Shown one piece after another: positions 25,484 through 39,152 of a stretch of DNA of 64,000 nt. This stretch comes from Epiperipatus broadwayi. Lineage: Eukaryota > Animalia > Onychophora. A program made the translations under genes and the position numbers. The notes beneath the pieces are model-generated. The model was given only the letters and a program-made list of their open reading frames with translations. It did no database searches and was not told the DNA's origin. The stretch spans positions 3,348,001-3,412,000 of the forward strand of contig JAQFVV010000003.1 of NCBI GenBank assembly GCA_028023455.1, given 5' to 3'. Position 1 is the stretch's first letter. The number at the start of each line of letters is the position of its first letter.

Positions 25484-25707
25484 AACAGGCAAACCTCTCC
25501 ATACAGTAGTGCCACTCAGTGCAAGCCAGAGAAATCAATGGATGCCACAAAGCTTATGCATAAAATCCCTATCTAGTGCATACTCATCCAATATCCCCAG
25601 ACTAATGAGGAGCCTTGAATCTGAGAGCACTGCACCTAGATAGGTATGGAAAGTTTTGCCTGTTTTAACAGCTTGAGCCAGCATAAGAAATAGTGATCAT
25701 GTGATAT
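25484..25707. mobile_element. Family A fold-back copy, hammerhead core deleted, 15 bp TSD
   Basis: aaacaggcaaacctctccatac.. / ..tatggaaagttttgcctgtttt. catatactcatttaa flanks at 25469-25483 and 25708-25722. The minus strand reads ctcctca-t-tagtctgggg. Confidence 0.85.
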
Positions 25708-28700
25708 CATATACTCATTTAATATAAAATAAATATTTATAATGATTGTAACAAAAAGTAAATTTAAATGTAAAATATTATTTGCAAAATATTGATTATA
25801 AAAAACACTGATAATTAAAAAAATAATTAAGTTAAAGATAAGCTACAATAAGTGAAAAATAAAAGATAATTATGGATTTAGCATCTCCACCACTAGTAAT
25901 AAGCATCACATTAAAATTGTATTTCTTATTTTTGAAGACAATGTAACACTTGTTTGGTAACTCAGATTAACCTGTGACCATTTATTTTTTACCAAAGAAG
26001 ATCTAAATATCCATTTATTGATCACTATTTTAAGCCTATTTCCATCTAAAAAAATTTCAAGGTTCCATTGTTTTTTCACTAAAAAGTTCAAACCATGAAC
26101 TCATAGTTATTAGTGATGACTTGACTAAAAACAAGTAATTTTAAATATAAATAATTTAAGCTTTTACTTAATGTTTTGGGATATTAGGGTTCCAAAGGTA
26201 AAACCTTGCTAGTTAATGAAAAAGAAATTATAGCACGAAAAAAAAAATGCACATAAAATTCACAAAAATTCAAAATTCCATTACAATACAGACTTTTTTT
26301 TAAAAATCAGTAATCTGAAATTTCATGGATGGATTTCTTTTAGAGCCACATAAATGGCAAAGTACTGAACAATTTTTAATGGTTGTTTTATAAAATCTTT
26401 GACATCAACACTATTAGTTAAACTCCAGAAAATAAAATAAAAATTAAAAATTTTTATCAATTAGCTAAAGTGGATAGCTTTTAAAACATTCATGTTAGTA
26501 ATTAAACAAATCTTCATTCTACTTTCATATACATACAGCTAAAAAGAATTATTTTTAAAATCACTTACTCTTTTAAAAACAAAAATTTCAATATCATTTC
26601 ATTTCTAAGAAATTTTCTAGCTGACTTTATGCAATGCTCCATCATATAATAATGACTTTAGTCTTCAAAAGATATTATTTACCTCATAAAAATAAAACAG
26701 CCTTTAAATAGCCCAGTTTACTTTAAAGCCCTTTTCAATAGTATTTCAAAAAGGAACAGTAAAGAATGAAATATTACCCAAGAGCTATAAGGGTTCTAAC
26801 AGTTTTTTCTATTCATTTCTAGTTAAAAATAGACAGATGCCCAATTTTTGAACAATACTGATATATGTTATCTGAAAATAAATCCATAAGCATGAAAAAA
26901 CATCAAAATGATATCTGCTGATTTACACACCAGTTTGTGAGATCATCATATGCACTAAGCATTATGTGACTCTTCAATGGTGACTCAACATTTTTCTAAA
27001 TATCTTCTAGATCTTAAAACTATTTTCGTTCACAAGAAGTTTTAATTTCACTTTCATCATTGTATTCTTTTCATGCCATTTTTAATGATAATGCACAACC
27101 TTTAACAAATTTAATTTATACTTTTTCAAATACATTCAACTGATAGTAATAACATACAGGTTGGTATATAACACAAGATTTCACATGGAATTATTTTCCT
27201 CTTTTTTCCAAGTGATTTTATCATGACCAATGATAATACAAGCATGGGAATGTTGTTTTAATAAACTGGGTTATTTTCATAGAAAAGCGTAATTGGTTAA
27301 AGCATCATTCCTTCTATTTAGTATGCACTCAGCTGTTAGTAACAACGTAGTGATTAGAATTGGTTCGAGTGATATTATTTGCTTCCCTTTTTCCTTGGCC
27401 TGACATGATGGAATTGAACTGATAACCTTTGGATTCATGAATATTAAATAGAAGGGGTGATGCTTTAACTAACTAGATCATTTTACAAAAAATAATCCAG
27501 TTAGTTAAAACATAATGATAAATTCAATATTCACAAATTAAAGATCCCTGGTTCAATTCCTATGCTGGCATTTTACTGGTCATGCCAGCATTACCTGAAA
27601 AAGAGAGGAGAATAATATCATTTGAACCAACTCTAACCAGTATCTTATTAGTAACAGCTAAATGAATCTGGAAAAATATAAAGATAATTCACATTTTTCT
27701 AAAACATGTGACAATCACCTTTACTAAATTTCATAAAGAAATTAAATTACAATTCTTTGTTTTAAATTTTGATTATTCATCTTTCTGCTAAAAGAACATG
27801 ATACAGTCATCTTTCAAAAAACAGTTTAATTAAAACAGAACAAGACTGCAACAAGTTACAAATGATACACAGATGTGCAAAAAGAGATTTAATCTGTAAA
27901 ACCCAAAAATTTTTTTTAAAAAAGATTTACTTCTTTTGAAAAGGGCATCTATGACAGAAGATGCTAAATGAGGAAACAGTTGATTATATGTAATTTTATA
28001 GTAAATAAACTCAATATAAGAGCTGGCACTTCATTTCAGCCTAGTCATATGTAACCTAAAACTGTTAGTAATTGTGAATGAAATGTAATACAATGCATTA
28101 AGAAAATCTTTAATATCTACTATTATCAAATTCATTTACTCATTCACTTAACAGATTCATTAACAATTAGCCTTAATTTTTGAAGTAATATTGTGTTCTT
28201 TCAGCAGAAAGATTAATAATCAAAATTTAAAGCAAGAAATTGTGAATGTTTCATGAAATTTGATAAAGATGATGATTAAAAATCAGTGTTTCAAAATACG
28301 TTACTTTAAATTCTTATTTTTAAAATAGTTTAGCCTTCGGATATAATATCATTTAAGATTTTTTTTTTAATATTTGATAAAAATCATATATATATGCAAA
28401 GTGGTCTTCATGAAAAACTGGACAAAAGAGTACAATAATCAAGCAATAATAACTATCAATAATGATCTATGTGTTAATGCTTGGGCGTAATATTCTACTG
28501 CCTAATTATTCCACTTGCTCTTGAGAAGTTAATTTAAAATCCATAAATATAATTTTCCCATCTTACTTTTAATTTACTTTCTAAGTCATCAATTAAAAAT
28601 AATAAAAAAACAGAAGATGAATCAAATACTAGCTGACTTTTATTTTATACTGAAAAATTAAAGTTATTTGTACTGAACATAAAATTATATTTTTCAATGA

Positions 28701-28985
28701 GTTTCTAATAATAGTTATTTCTATGAAGCTCTGTTTATGTGTGCCCACCTAAGTTCAAATTGAGATCTCAGCATTTTTCAGCTAGCAAAGAAATCCTCAA
28801 ATAAGATCAGGACTTTGCACTTCTTTTTAATAAAGATAGTGGTCAATTTGAAATGGAGCAGTAAAAAATCACATTACAATAAAAAGATTTAATTTAAAGT
28901 GAGAAAAGCTAGACCAAAAATTGCGCATCCACAGATGTATAATATTTTGTTTAATTAAAGAGACATCATATTACAATTATGGTTT

Positions 28986-29103
28986 TAATTCACTAAATAT
29001 CAGCCTTTTACAGCTACTGTACATGCGCTTTAATGAGTGTTAAATAATAAATGAATACTTTTCAGTGCCCATACAAGATATAGCATTTAAGAAAGAATAA
29101 AAT
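28986..29103 (+). mobile_element. Family B fragment
   Basis: 118 bp matching 53704-53821 with one mismatch. Confidence 0.85.
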
Positions 29104-29689
29104 CAGTAATTTGCCATTCATCTAACCAATGTAGATATTATAAAACTATCATCCTCTAATTAATAATAACTAAATAACCATTTACTAACATTGAATGTTG
29201 ACTATGAAAAGATTATATGAAAAAATATATAAGATTAAATTAAATGGCACAGAAAGTAAAATCTGTGAGAGATAAAAAAGGATAGACATGAGATTATTTT
29301 GTTATGCCTGAGTTAAAAAATTAGTAAGATATCTAATTAGGAAAAAACTGTAGCAAATTTTTAAAAATATATATATTCTTTAAAAATAAAATATTCAGAA
29401 AAGATCATCTAAAAATAATAATTATTTTTGATTCTTTTATGACATGTATGATTAATTCTTAAGCTGTGTTAATAACAAACACAAGAGCTCAAGCTTCCTG
29501 GACCAAAACTCAACTTCTCCTTTTTAGTGCTCAAACAGTGCATGACCTTCTGAACAACAAACCATTTAATTATTTTTTTATAAAATTTCAAAACTTTTTA
29601 CCTGAACTTGATGTTTTCATTAGTACAAAAAAAAAAAAATCTCATATTTTTTATGTTAGATAAAACCCAGTGCACTGAAGACTGTTCTT

Positions 29690-30100
29690 ATATCTGGGTA
29701 TAATACTGTACTTCAATTCACTCTTCATTTATTAGATATCCAAAAACAAGACAATTCATCTATTTAAAATTTTATCCATTCTACCTTTCTATAATCTGTT
29801 TCTCAATGTTTATTCCAGTTGCTCTTTTGTTTCTTCTATGAATATTATCACTGTCTTTGTTTTTCCAAACTTGCTACACAAATTCTTCTTGTTCTTAAAA
29901 ATAAACAGCCTGCTTGACTTACTCTTTTCCAACTAATCACTCCCACATGTTTTAATTTCCAAATTCTATTCAATTTTCCTTCTCTGTGTGCACATATATA
30001 CAGAACTATTTATTTAAAAATCTTTTCCTTGTTCATATAATACTTAATCCTTCAAAAAGAAAATTAAAAAATATCTTTCCTTTCCTTAAAAACATTTTTT
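29690..30100 (-). mobile_element. Decayed LINE ORF2 3' fragment
   Basis: Purine-rich minus strand with ..KSSRLFIFKNKKNLCSKFGK.. resembling the post-RT/zinc-knuckle region; many stops. Confidence 0.35.
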
Positions 30101-31075
30101 TTTTTTTCCTTCTTTTTATTTTTTTACTTCTTAACATCCAATAAATTTGAATAATGAACAAGTTTTTGAAAATAGCTCTTAATGAAAAAAAAAAGTTACA
30201 ATTTTAAATTACAAATATAGATATTGTTTATATATATATATATAAACAATAACTTACATATGCAATACAATATAGCACATTTTGAAAATAAGCAAAATCG
30301 CTTTAAGATATTTGAAAACATAGCCTACTATTCTAGTATGGATGGCAAGGGTTCAAGATTTCTTTTACATCTAACAAGGCTGATGAACCAAATACTTGTA
30401 TAGTATGAGAGAATTGGACAACAGTTTAAGATCTTCAATATATACAATATAGTTGTGGAATTCATATATTATTTATTTACACAAATTCTATTTGTAATAT
30501 AATGATTTTTTTTATTATTAAATCTTAAACTTAGCAGTTGTGACATTTAATAATTTATGCAAGACTGCAACTAAGACCATAATTAAATGAAATGGTGATC
30601 ATGTTATAAGATCATAATTGTTGTAAAAGTACATGATAATACATTCAAACTTTGAAAATAACAAGTTCACATTAAAATAATCATATAAACCTCAAGCGAC
30701 TATTCTAGGGTGTTTGGCAGATGTTAAAAATTCTAGCATATTTGAGGAGGTCATTGAGCCAAAATACATTCAAAATATGAGATCCAGTCTGTTATTTTAT
30801 GTTGGATAGTAGTTTATGATCTTAAAGCTTATATATGCAATAGAGTATGTTAAAATCTGCATATTATTTCATTTATATATATAATGTAATCACAGTTTAT
30901 TATTATATATGAATGCATGTTGAGATAATAAAGATCCATCAATAATATAGTTTGCTACTATCTTAACATTATTTGTTATAGCATCTCAATATTTAAAGAT
31001 ATATCATAAACTTTAATGTGCCCATTAGTTCTTTAAGATAGAAAATAAGTAGAACAAACAACAGAGAGTCAGCAA

Positions 31076-31190
31076 ATAAGTTATAAATAGTTAAGAAAAT
31101 AAAACTAATAGAATATGAACCTAAAAAAGATAAGTTATAAATGATCAAGAAAATGAAACTAATAGAATATAAACCTAAAAAAGATATTTA
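31076..31190. repeat. 54 bp tandem duplication
   Basis: ataagttataaat..aagaaaat.aaactaatagaatat.aacctaaaaaag twice (starts 31076 and 31130). Confidence 0.85.
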
Positions 31191-31629
31191 TTTCTCAACC
31201 AAATCTCAAGTAGCATTGATATATATCTCCAAAATTGCATCATATAAATCTTTTGCTTGTTTTCTAAATCACTTGTGCTATCATCAGAGGAAAGTTGCTG
31301 GAAACTTGGTACAACAAACCTTTTCACCATGGATGGGAAATATTACTTCATAAATATGTTTTGCAGAAAGACCTTTGCCTAGAAAAGCTGTATACAGCAA
31401 ATTGATGATCAGTAATAAGGTTTCTGAAATAAAGGCCATTATTTTAAATAGTGAAACCAGCCACTGAACATTTGTTGCATATCTGTTATTTAGAATATAG
31501 GAATATTGTCTCTTATTAATACACACTGAAAAGCTATTAGTTTTGAATCAACTGTTCTAAGTTTGTAATCTATTTACTAAATATTCTTCATACATAAGTA
31601 TCTAAAGTCAGCAATTATAATGTACTTAC

Positions 31630-31710
31630 CTAAAAAATTCACTAAGGAATGTCCTATAAACAAGTGGTGTGATGCATGTATAATATATAAACGTTGTTAC
31701 ATCAACCACA
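31630..31710 (-). CDS. TPRA1: TPRA1-like exon
   Basis: ttgttttag | (C)VVDVTTFIYYTCITPLVYRTFLSEFF(S) | gtaagt; 81 nt, phase 2/2. Confidence 0.92.
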
Positions 31711-32159
31711 CTAAAACAAAAAAAAACAACAACACAGACACAAAAATTAATATTCTATAAATTATACATCATTATTATAAATTTGTACACACACACACAC
31801 ATATATAAAATTTAAAGTAATTTAGTCAAAAATAGAAATTGTCATATATATTCACAATAACCAATAAGCCAATCAAATGATATCTAGCTATAATGTTTTG
31901 TTTAAACAGAAGAAATTATTGGAAAGCTTGAGTTTGAAAGTTTTGAATCATTATTTATTATTATTTAAAGCATGCTATGTAAAAATAAATATTGCTATGA
32001 TATGGTGCATAAGAAGATAAATAGAAAGAAGAATCAATACATAGTTTTGATATATAGTTTAAAAATCTTCAATTTATTTAACAAAAAAAAAAAAAAAAAC
32101 ACTTTTACTCAACAAATAATTTTATTTTTATATTTCATAGATTTACAAAAATTACTTAC

Positions 32160-32262
32160 CACATTCCCCGAGCAAATTTGTAATAAACAAGAGCACTGCC
32201 AACAGCCTGGGTAAAATTCAGAAGTGATAAAAATAATGCATACCAGTAAAAGGATCGTTTAG
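32160..32262 (-). CDS. TPRA1: TPRA1-like exon
   Basis: tttatttaag | (S)KRSFYWYALFLSLLNFTQAVGSALVYYKFARGM(C) | gtaagt; 103 nt, phase 1/2. Confidence 0.92.
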
Positions 32263-33357
32263 CTTAAATAAAAAAAAATTCAATATTTTCAAATTTGTAA
32301 ATATTTTGATATGATCAAAAAATCACAATGTTTCTATAGAAGCAAATTAGATTATCTTTAAGCTTTCATTATTTATCTACATTTTTTCTCTTTGTTCTAA
32401 ATGTCATCAAAGCAATCTTTGACAATTGTTTTTAGGTCCACAATTGTCATAAGGCAAAGCTGAAAAATTTTCTTTTTCTTTTGTTACCATAAGTTAATCT
32501 ATATTTCAAGGAAATATCACTTTCTCCAGTATGCAGTAATTGAAGTTATTATGCAATATTGTTGTCCCAAGATCAATCTTGGTTCAGTAATAAAAAATCA
32601 TTACAAAAGAATCTTCAAAAATGCAGAATATTAGACAAAACATTCAATTTCATATATAAACTTTATGTGATATGTATAAATATCCCATTAAAAAATCAAA
32701 ATGATAAAAAAAAATGATATAAAATTTATAAAGACAAAAATGTGAAAATAAATAATAAAATAAAAATACATTTAACAGAAGAAAATAATTACTATATGCA
32801 ACTATCACAAGTGAATATATATAGAAAATAAAAAATAAATATTACTAGAAGAACAATCATGACCATATAAGCAATTCATGCAGTGCATAAAAACAGCAAA
32901 GGTTTTTACTATAAAACATGAAAATTGGTTGAATTAAGAAGTAAACTTAATGAAACATTCTGGAATCATGAAGTAATTGTGTAGTATGAATATTTATCCT
33001 AATAAAAATATGAATTCTCAACATCATCTCTAAATATAATTTCTATAAGGGCAACTGTAGACACATGTAGACAATGTTTGAGAATTTTGTGAGATATGGA
33101 ATACTTAATATAAACTTCAAAATGATAGTACTTTCAAAATATTGTCTGCTTAAAAATGCCAATACATTTTCTCAATGACTTAAAAATGAAATCAAAGTAG
33201 ATCTGACAAATTAAAAGTTCATATTGCACCGTTTCAATATCCAGTGTGATTTAGTACAATGATAAGGTTCCTCAATCAATTCTCATCTAAAGTATGTTAA
33301 AATAAAAAACTCTTTTAGTTAAGTAAATGGAACTGATCACAATTTTAACCACTAAGC

Positions 33358-33475
33358 ATCACATGATCATTTTTTATGCTTATACAAGCGATAAACACAG
33401 AAGGAAAACCTTCTTGCATCTATTGATTACTCTGGCATGCAATGAGTGGCGCTACTGTAAGGAGAGTTTTGCTTT
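33358..33475. mobile_element. Family A short fold-back remnant
   Basis: atcacatgatcattttttatgc (reverse complement of the 3' end) followed by ccttcttgcatctattgattactctggc..gagtggcgctactgtaaggagagttttg. Confidence 0.7.
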
Positions 33476-35249
33476 TGTGTGTAATCATAATTTTCATAAA
33501 TGGTAACAATTCATTGAGAAAATTGTGTTCAGCAATAGTAATAAATTACTGTAAAGTTAAATTTTATTAATACTACCTAATAAAAATAACATTACCAATG
33601 CAGTAGAACTTCCTAAAGAATGAAAAATAGTCTGCTCCCTTATCACAATAAAAACTGATCACAAGTATTTTCAAATTACTGATAAACCATTTAATAAAAA
33701 TAGATTTAATTTAACAATGATTCTATGAACAACATTATTGACTAATTCCATCTGCAACATTACTACTGAAAGAAGCACTTCAATGGCCAAATACAGATTA
33801 TCAACTAACACCAGAACATGAGATTTCTCCAAAATGTAAATTTAGGATGGGGGGGGGGGGGATTATAAATTTATAGTATATCTATTTTTATTTTATTTTA
33901 CTGCAAAAATATTTCTATAGACAATTTTCATTTTATACATTTTCCTTAATTTAAGAGTATTTGACTAAAAATGGAGTACGTCCTAGAAACAGTATATAAT
34001 TGAATAAAAAAGCAAAATTTATGTTCTTTAAGTTGAAATATTATGTCAAAGGAAAAATAATCTATTATTATTTTTTAGTCCCCCAAAAAAGTTTATTATA
34101 TTATTTTACAATTCTAAAGAAAATGAGTAATAGAATTATAATGAAATATTAGAGAATACACTAGAAAACAAAGTTGTAAACATTCGACATCCACAACCTA
34201 ATCAATTAAATTCACAAATGTCAAGTAATCAAACAATTAAATTCTCTGCCTGGAAACAAATTTAGGTGACAAAAATGAAAGTTGGAAATATATTTTAATA
34301 TTTTGCTACTAACATCTCACATGATTTTCCCAGAAGTAATATAAAATGGCATCTCTTTAAACAAGACCAGAAATTTATGCCCTGCTTCATTTAACTTTAC
34401 AATGAAGGTAGCTATCACTTAATTTTTTTTTAAAAAAAAAAAGAAAACAATGCTAATCCATTGCTTCTAGATAACCAAATAATGAAAAAGCAGCAGTAGA
34501 AATATAGCTGCATTGCTATCTACAGTCTACTATTCTGGCTTAAAATGTAAAATGAAAATGTCCAACTGTATCTACAAATATTAACAAAAAATAGAGGAGT
34601 CAGGCTAATACAACTGCTTGCAGAATTACTGGTATTGCTTACCATATAATAATGCATCACTAGGTGTTAACTGACAGTAGAATATAAATTCAAATTAAAA
34701 ATTAACTTGTATACAAAATTATAAAAACATTTATCAGAAAGAATAAGGAATGATAGTTTAGTGTTGTGAAAGTAATTCTTGATAACATTCTGTATTGTAG
34801 CAGAAAGACAATTTCAGAGGTCATACAAATAAGGAGTTAAGTTATGACTTCTTGTAGATATTGTAGTGTTAAAAATATTTATACATACATAGGTTAAAAA
34901 TATCTTTATGAGCCCAGAAAAATGATTACATATAAAAAATGAGTTGACAGATGAACAGCTAAATTCTAATCTGTCCTGTAAGAGAGTTTATACACTAGCA
35001 AAAGCTATAATATAAAATTACAGAAAAATATAGAAGAAAATATAATCTAACAATTTCCTACTTTATTATCATCTAGTGAAAATTAAAATAATCAGAAACA
35101 GATCTGAAGATGGGTTTTCAAATACTAAAGATAGGAATTTTATATGTAACTGATAATCACTTATTATTCTATTTACACTAGGTAGTAATAAAATGAATAG
35201 CTATTTTTATCTTATTGATTAGAATGATTAATTGATTTTTAAAATCTAA

Positions 35250-37441
35250 CAATATGAAGATTGATGCTTGTTCTTTAAAGAACTACTAAATTTCAACAAT
35301 TATTTGGATCTTCAATATTATCATATTACTGAAACATGGAATTCTCTTAAGAAGTCTGTTATGGATACAAATAAATCTAGTCTTCAGTTCACTAAAAAAA
35401 AATATGTGGTATTCTCTGCTTGGCAAAATAATAGTGAATGTGGAATTTCACAATAAATATAAAGATTTGAAGGCAGAAGTTCAATGACTGACAAGAAGGC
35501 TTAAAAATGATTGATGAATTAAAACTGCCAAAGAATATATAGACGTTCACTGTAGTAGTTATTCTAGATTTTTTTTAAGGCATAAAAGCAACATATAGAC
35601 CTGAGAAATGGTATCACAATCCTATTAAATCCAGCACATACACTCTTATATGATGGCAATGATATTTTGAAAGAGTACTAAAATAATTTTTTCAATAATG
35701 ATACAAGAATTGAAATGATGATTTTTAATAATATATCCATTTTATCTAATTTAGATTTTACACAGATATCCACCTTAATGAAGTTAAAACAGATCTCTGT
35801 AATCTTAAAAATGCAAAGACTGTAGGTACTGATGAAATACCTGAAAAAAATTTAAAATATGGTCATGATATTTAGCTTAAAAAATATTAATTTTTTTTAG
35901 GAATATCTGGATCTATGAAGTTGTGCCATCTAATCTTAAGGATACTTTTATTGTTTAAAAACAAAGGGAATAGACAAAACTGTGGTAACTATCACTAAAT
36001 ATCATTATTATCTATTACAACAAAAGAATTTTATTGAATAGATTGCTTTCAGTTACAGGTGAATGCTTACCAGAAACTCAATGCAATTTTAGATATGATT
36101 TTTGTTGCTAGGTAAATGCAAGAAAAGTATCGGGAACAAAGAAGTGGTTTATATATTGCTTTTACTGATTTGGCCAAGGCATTTGATTCACATAATAGGA
36201 CAGGTCTAATGAAATAATTTGAAATTAATTGGTTATCCACCAAACTTATTCGTATTACATAGCTTCTAGATGATGGATTGAGAGGAAATGTTATTATGAC
36301 AGGTGAAAAATCTGAGTTATTTGAAATGAAAACTGGTGTTAAACAAGAATGTATGCTTGCTCCAACATTGTTTTCAATTTTTAGGTCAACGGTCCTTGGA
36401 TTTTTTATAGGCAGCTTAATCAGACAGGAATCAAGAATCACGATACAATATAAGTTTAATGATGGAATTCTTAATTTGAATTGATTAAAAACAAAAACAA
36501 GAACGTCATCCTCTTGGATTTTGGATTTACAGTATGCTAATGATTGTGCTATTTTTATCAGTTCAAAAAACGATTTATAGAATATTCTTTAATATTTTGA
36601 ATGCAACTTGTAAAGATCTGTTTATTAATTAATGTTCAAAAAACTCAAGTTTTTTATCAATCAATAATGGAAAACAAATCCATAGCAATTTTCAGTTTGG
36701 ATGATTATCAATTTGAAAATGTATTCCACTTTAAATATCTTGGTATTTTGAAAAGTAGAAAAGTGGACTTAGATGTTGGGTTCCAATACAGATGCCAATG
36801 TGTTGCTCCTGCTTTTAGCAGGTTAAAAGGTAGAATATTTCATCATAGAAAAATAACTATTATAACTAAGATAGCTGCATATATAGAGCTGTTGTTTTAT
36901 CTAATTTAATGTATAAATGTGAAACTTGTACACTTTACCAGCGGAATATAAAGACAATAGAAAAGTTTCATTTAAGAATGCTATGTAAAACTTAAATACA
37001 ATGGCAAAATTGTAAAACCAGTCAGTGTTTTTCAGGTTACTGGATTGATAATTTTGAGTCAACTATTGTAAAATCACAATTTCGTAAGATTGGACATGTA
37101 AACAAATGAACAGAAGATTTCCCAGAACAGTGTTTGTGGTGAACTTGAGCATGGGTTTCATAGGAGAGATAAACTCTCTCTATATTATAAAGATTATCTC
37201 AAAGATATTTTAAAGAAACACAATGTCAATTGTTTCCATTAGGAAGATATGATAAAAAATAGAATGCATTGAAGAGCTACAATTAGATATAGTATTAAAA
37301 TATCAATTTTCGGCTGAGGAAACTAAAAGACAACATCATAAAATTTCAAGCTAACAGAAAAATGGGCTGGCATGTTCTGTATATATACATATTTGTGGTT
37401 CACAGATAAGTTTATATAGTCATCGCAAAACTCATTTCTAG
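35250..37441 (+). mobile_element. RTE-clade LINE ORF2 remnant (linker, RT, C-terminal CCHH-like finger), antisense in a TPRA1 intron
   Basis: ETWNSLKKSV (35330); GTDEIP; GLYIAFTDLAKAFDS (36145-36190); KTGVKQECMLAPTLFSIF (ORF 36278); DLQYAND; LLINVQKTQV..FKYLG (ORF 36601); ..CGSQISLYSHRKTHF* at the end. Many stops and frameshifts. Confidence 0.9.
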
Positions 37442-37594
37442 AGCAGTTTTTTTTCTTCTATCTCTCTTTTCTTAGTTGGAATGGTCATTTTCATTTTTGA
37501 GATTGTTTATTATTAATAGTAGTAGTAGAAATAAAAAAAAACATACGTTAGCCAATGCTTTTCAGTATCATTCAATTATATAATTGTACTTTAG

Positions 37595-37666
37595 AGAGCA
37601 GAGATTTATCAACAAATTATATAAGTCGTAAGAGCAGAGATTTATCAACAAATTATATAAGTCGTA
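37595..37666. repeat. Perfect 36 bp tandem duplication
   Basis: agagcagagatttatcaacaaattatataagtcgta x2. Confidence 0.95.
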
Positions 37667-39091
37667 AGTAATAAGTAAACACTAGATGATAAATAGGATA
37701 TGGCTCAGTAAAAAAACTTATTTGATTGCAGATTGAGAGCAAATCTAGTAAATTATTTTTTCTTTAAACAGCTTAAATCAGTGATGAATTCAAAATTAGA
37801 CTGTTGGACTTTTCTAAAGTTAGAAAATTAAAATAAAAAAGATTAAAAAAAAATAACCTCAAAATGGAAAATTGAAGAGTACTATGTTGCTAAAACTGTC
37901 AATTTGGATCATGAATAAACTTAAACTCTAAAAAATTTGATCAAACAATAAAAAATTTACAAACAAGATGGCAGTGCAAATAGACCCCTAAGACCAGTTT
38001 CTCATTAATTGTTTTTTTTTTTTCATGACAAAAAGCATGACATCAAGACAATAGTTCAAATATTTCAAATATTCTATATTTCGAAGCCATATCTGTATAG
38101 TTAGTTATATGGTTTGACACTAACAATAATTATATATTTTAGTGACTTCAATTATGAGCTAAATAATTTTTCAGTAAAATAATAATATGAACCTAAATTA
38201 AACCTTATAATCTTCAGCACATATTTCACCTGCTTTAACAATAATGATGTCTATATATCCCCACTGCATCACATTTTGTCATACCATCAATAAAAGAATA
38301 AAAGGCTAGTTGATAATCACACTTATAAAAATATGATCTATTAATATACTTTATTCATTTTCTAATAACATTATTTTAAAGATTTTCTTAATCATAGCAT
38401 ACAAAAGTCATTATATTCTTTCATTGTTCATTTACAGATTATTTCCACTCTTTCCACTAAACATATTCAGTTATTTTTTCTACAAACTATATATAGTCTC
38501 CCTAGTGGCTGATGTGATAAATATAATAAGTATAAAAAGAAAATCTTTATATAATAGAAAAAGATGTTTTTCCACTATAAAAATGATAGATTATTATAAT
38601 GTAAACTTTTTACAATAATGAAAGAATAAAAAAATATTTTATAACTAAATTTTCTTTTTGTGCTATTATTTTAATTAAAAAAATACGTTATATTTTGTTT
38701 AATATTTTGACAATCTCCATTAGTATTTCTAGCTCTGCAGTGACATCATGGCAAACTCAAGAACTTAAGATCCATAGATCCCAGTTCAACTTTGCAACAA
38801 CTCTGTGTTACTCGTTCATGGTCTAAATTATACTTTGATTTTGCTTTTCAATGAGTAGAATTACTTATATTAGTTCTTTATTGCTTAAATACATCATTAT
38901 GATTATCTGCGATAATGCAGGCTTTATGGAATATCTTTATTAAAGTAAGCACCAAATTGAGAATTCTTCAATTATATATTTACTCTATAAGCATATTTAT
39001 AAAACAAAAATAATTATATAGAATAAAATATTAAATCAAATATTGTTAGAATATTATTTTTTAAATTAATTTTTATAATCAATTTACTTAC

Positions 39092-39152
39092 AGGGCAGAG
39101 CTAATTTTTCCCGCAGAGATGTCCATGGTAAAATAAATATAACAGTGTAAAT
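39092..39152 (-). CDS. TPRA1: TPRA1-like exon
   Basis: ttttttccag | IYTVIFILPWTSLREKLALP(S) | gtaagt; 61 nt, phase 0/1. Confidence 0.92.

Noticed and set aside
27555-27600. Alternative TPRA1 terminal exon (GNAGMTSKMPA*)
   Set aside because: That frame needs phase 1 but the intron is phase 2, which gives an immediate stop. The region is a small hairpin next to a B-box-like remnant.
31322-31425. Extra TPRA1 exon from ORF 31284-31526 (..GKGLSAKHIYEVIFPIHGEK)
   Set aside because: Phases do not fit between the 31630 and 25295 exons, and there is no similarity to TPRA1.
32160-32206. Aquaporin-11/12-like peptide AVGSALVYYKFARGM
   Set aside because: It is the 3' half of the 103 nt TPRA1 exon and joins in frame with its neighbours.
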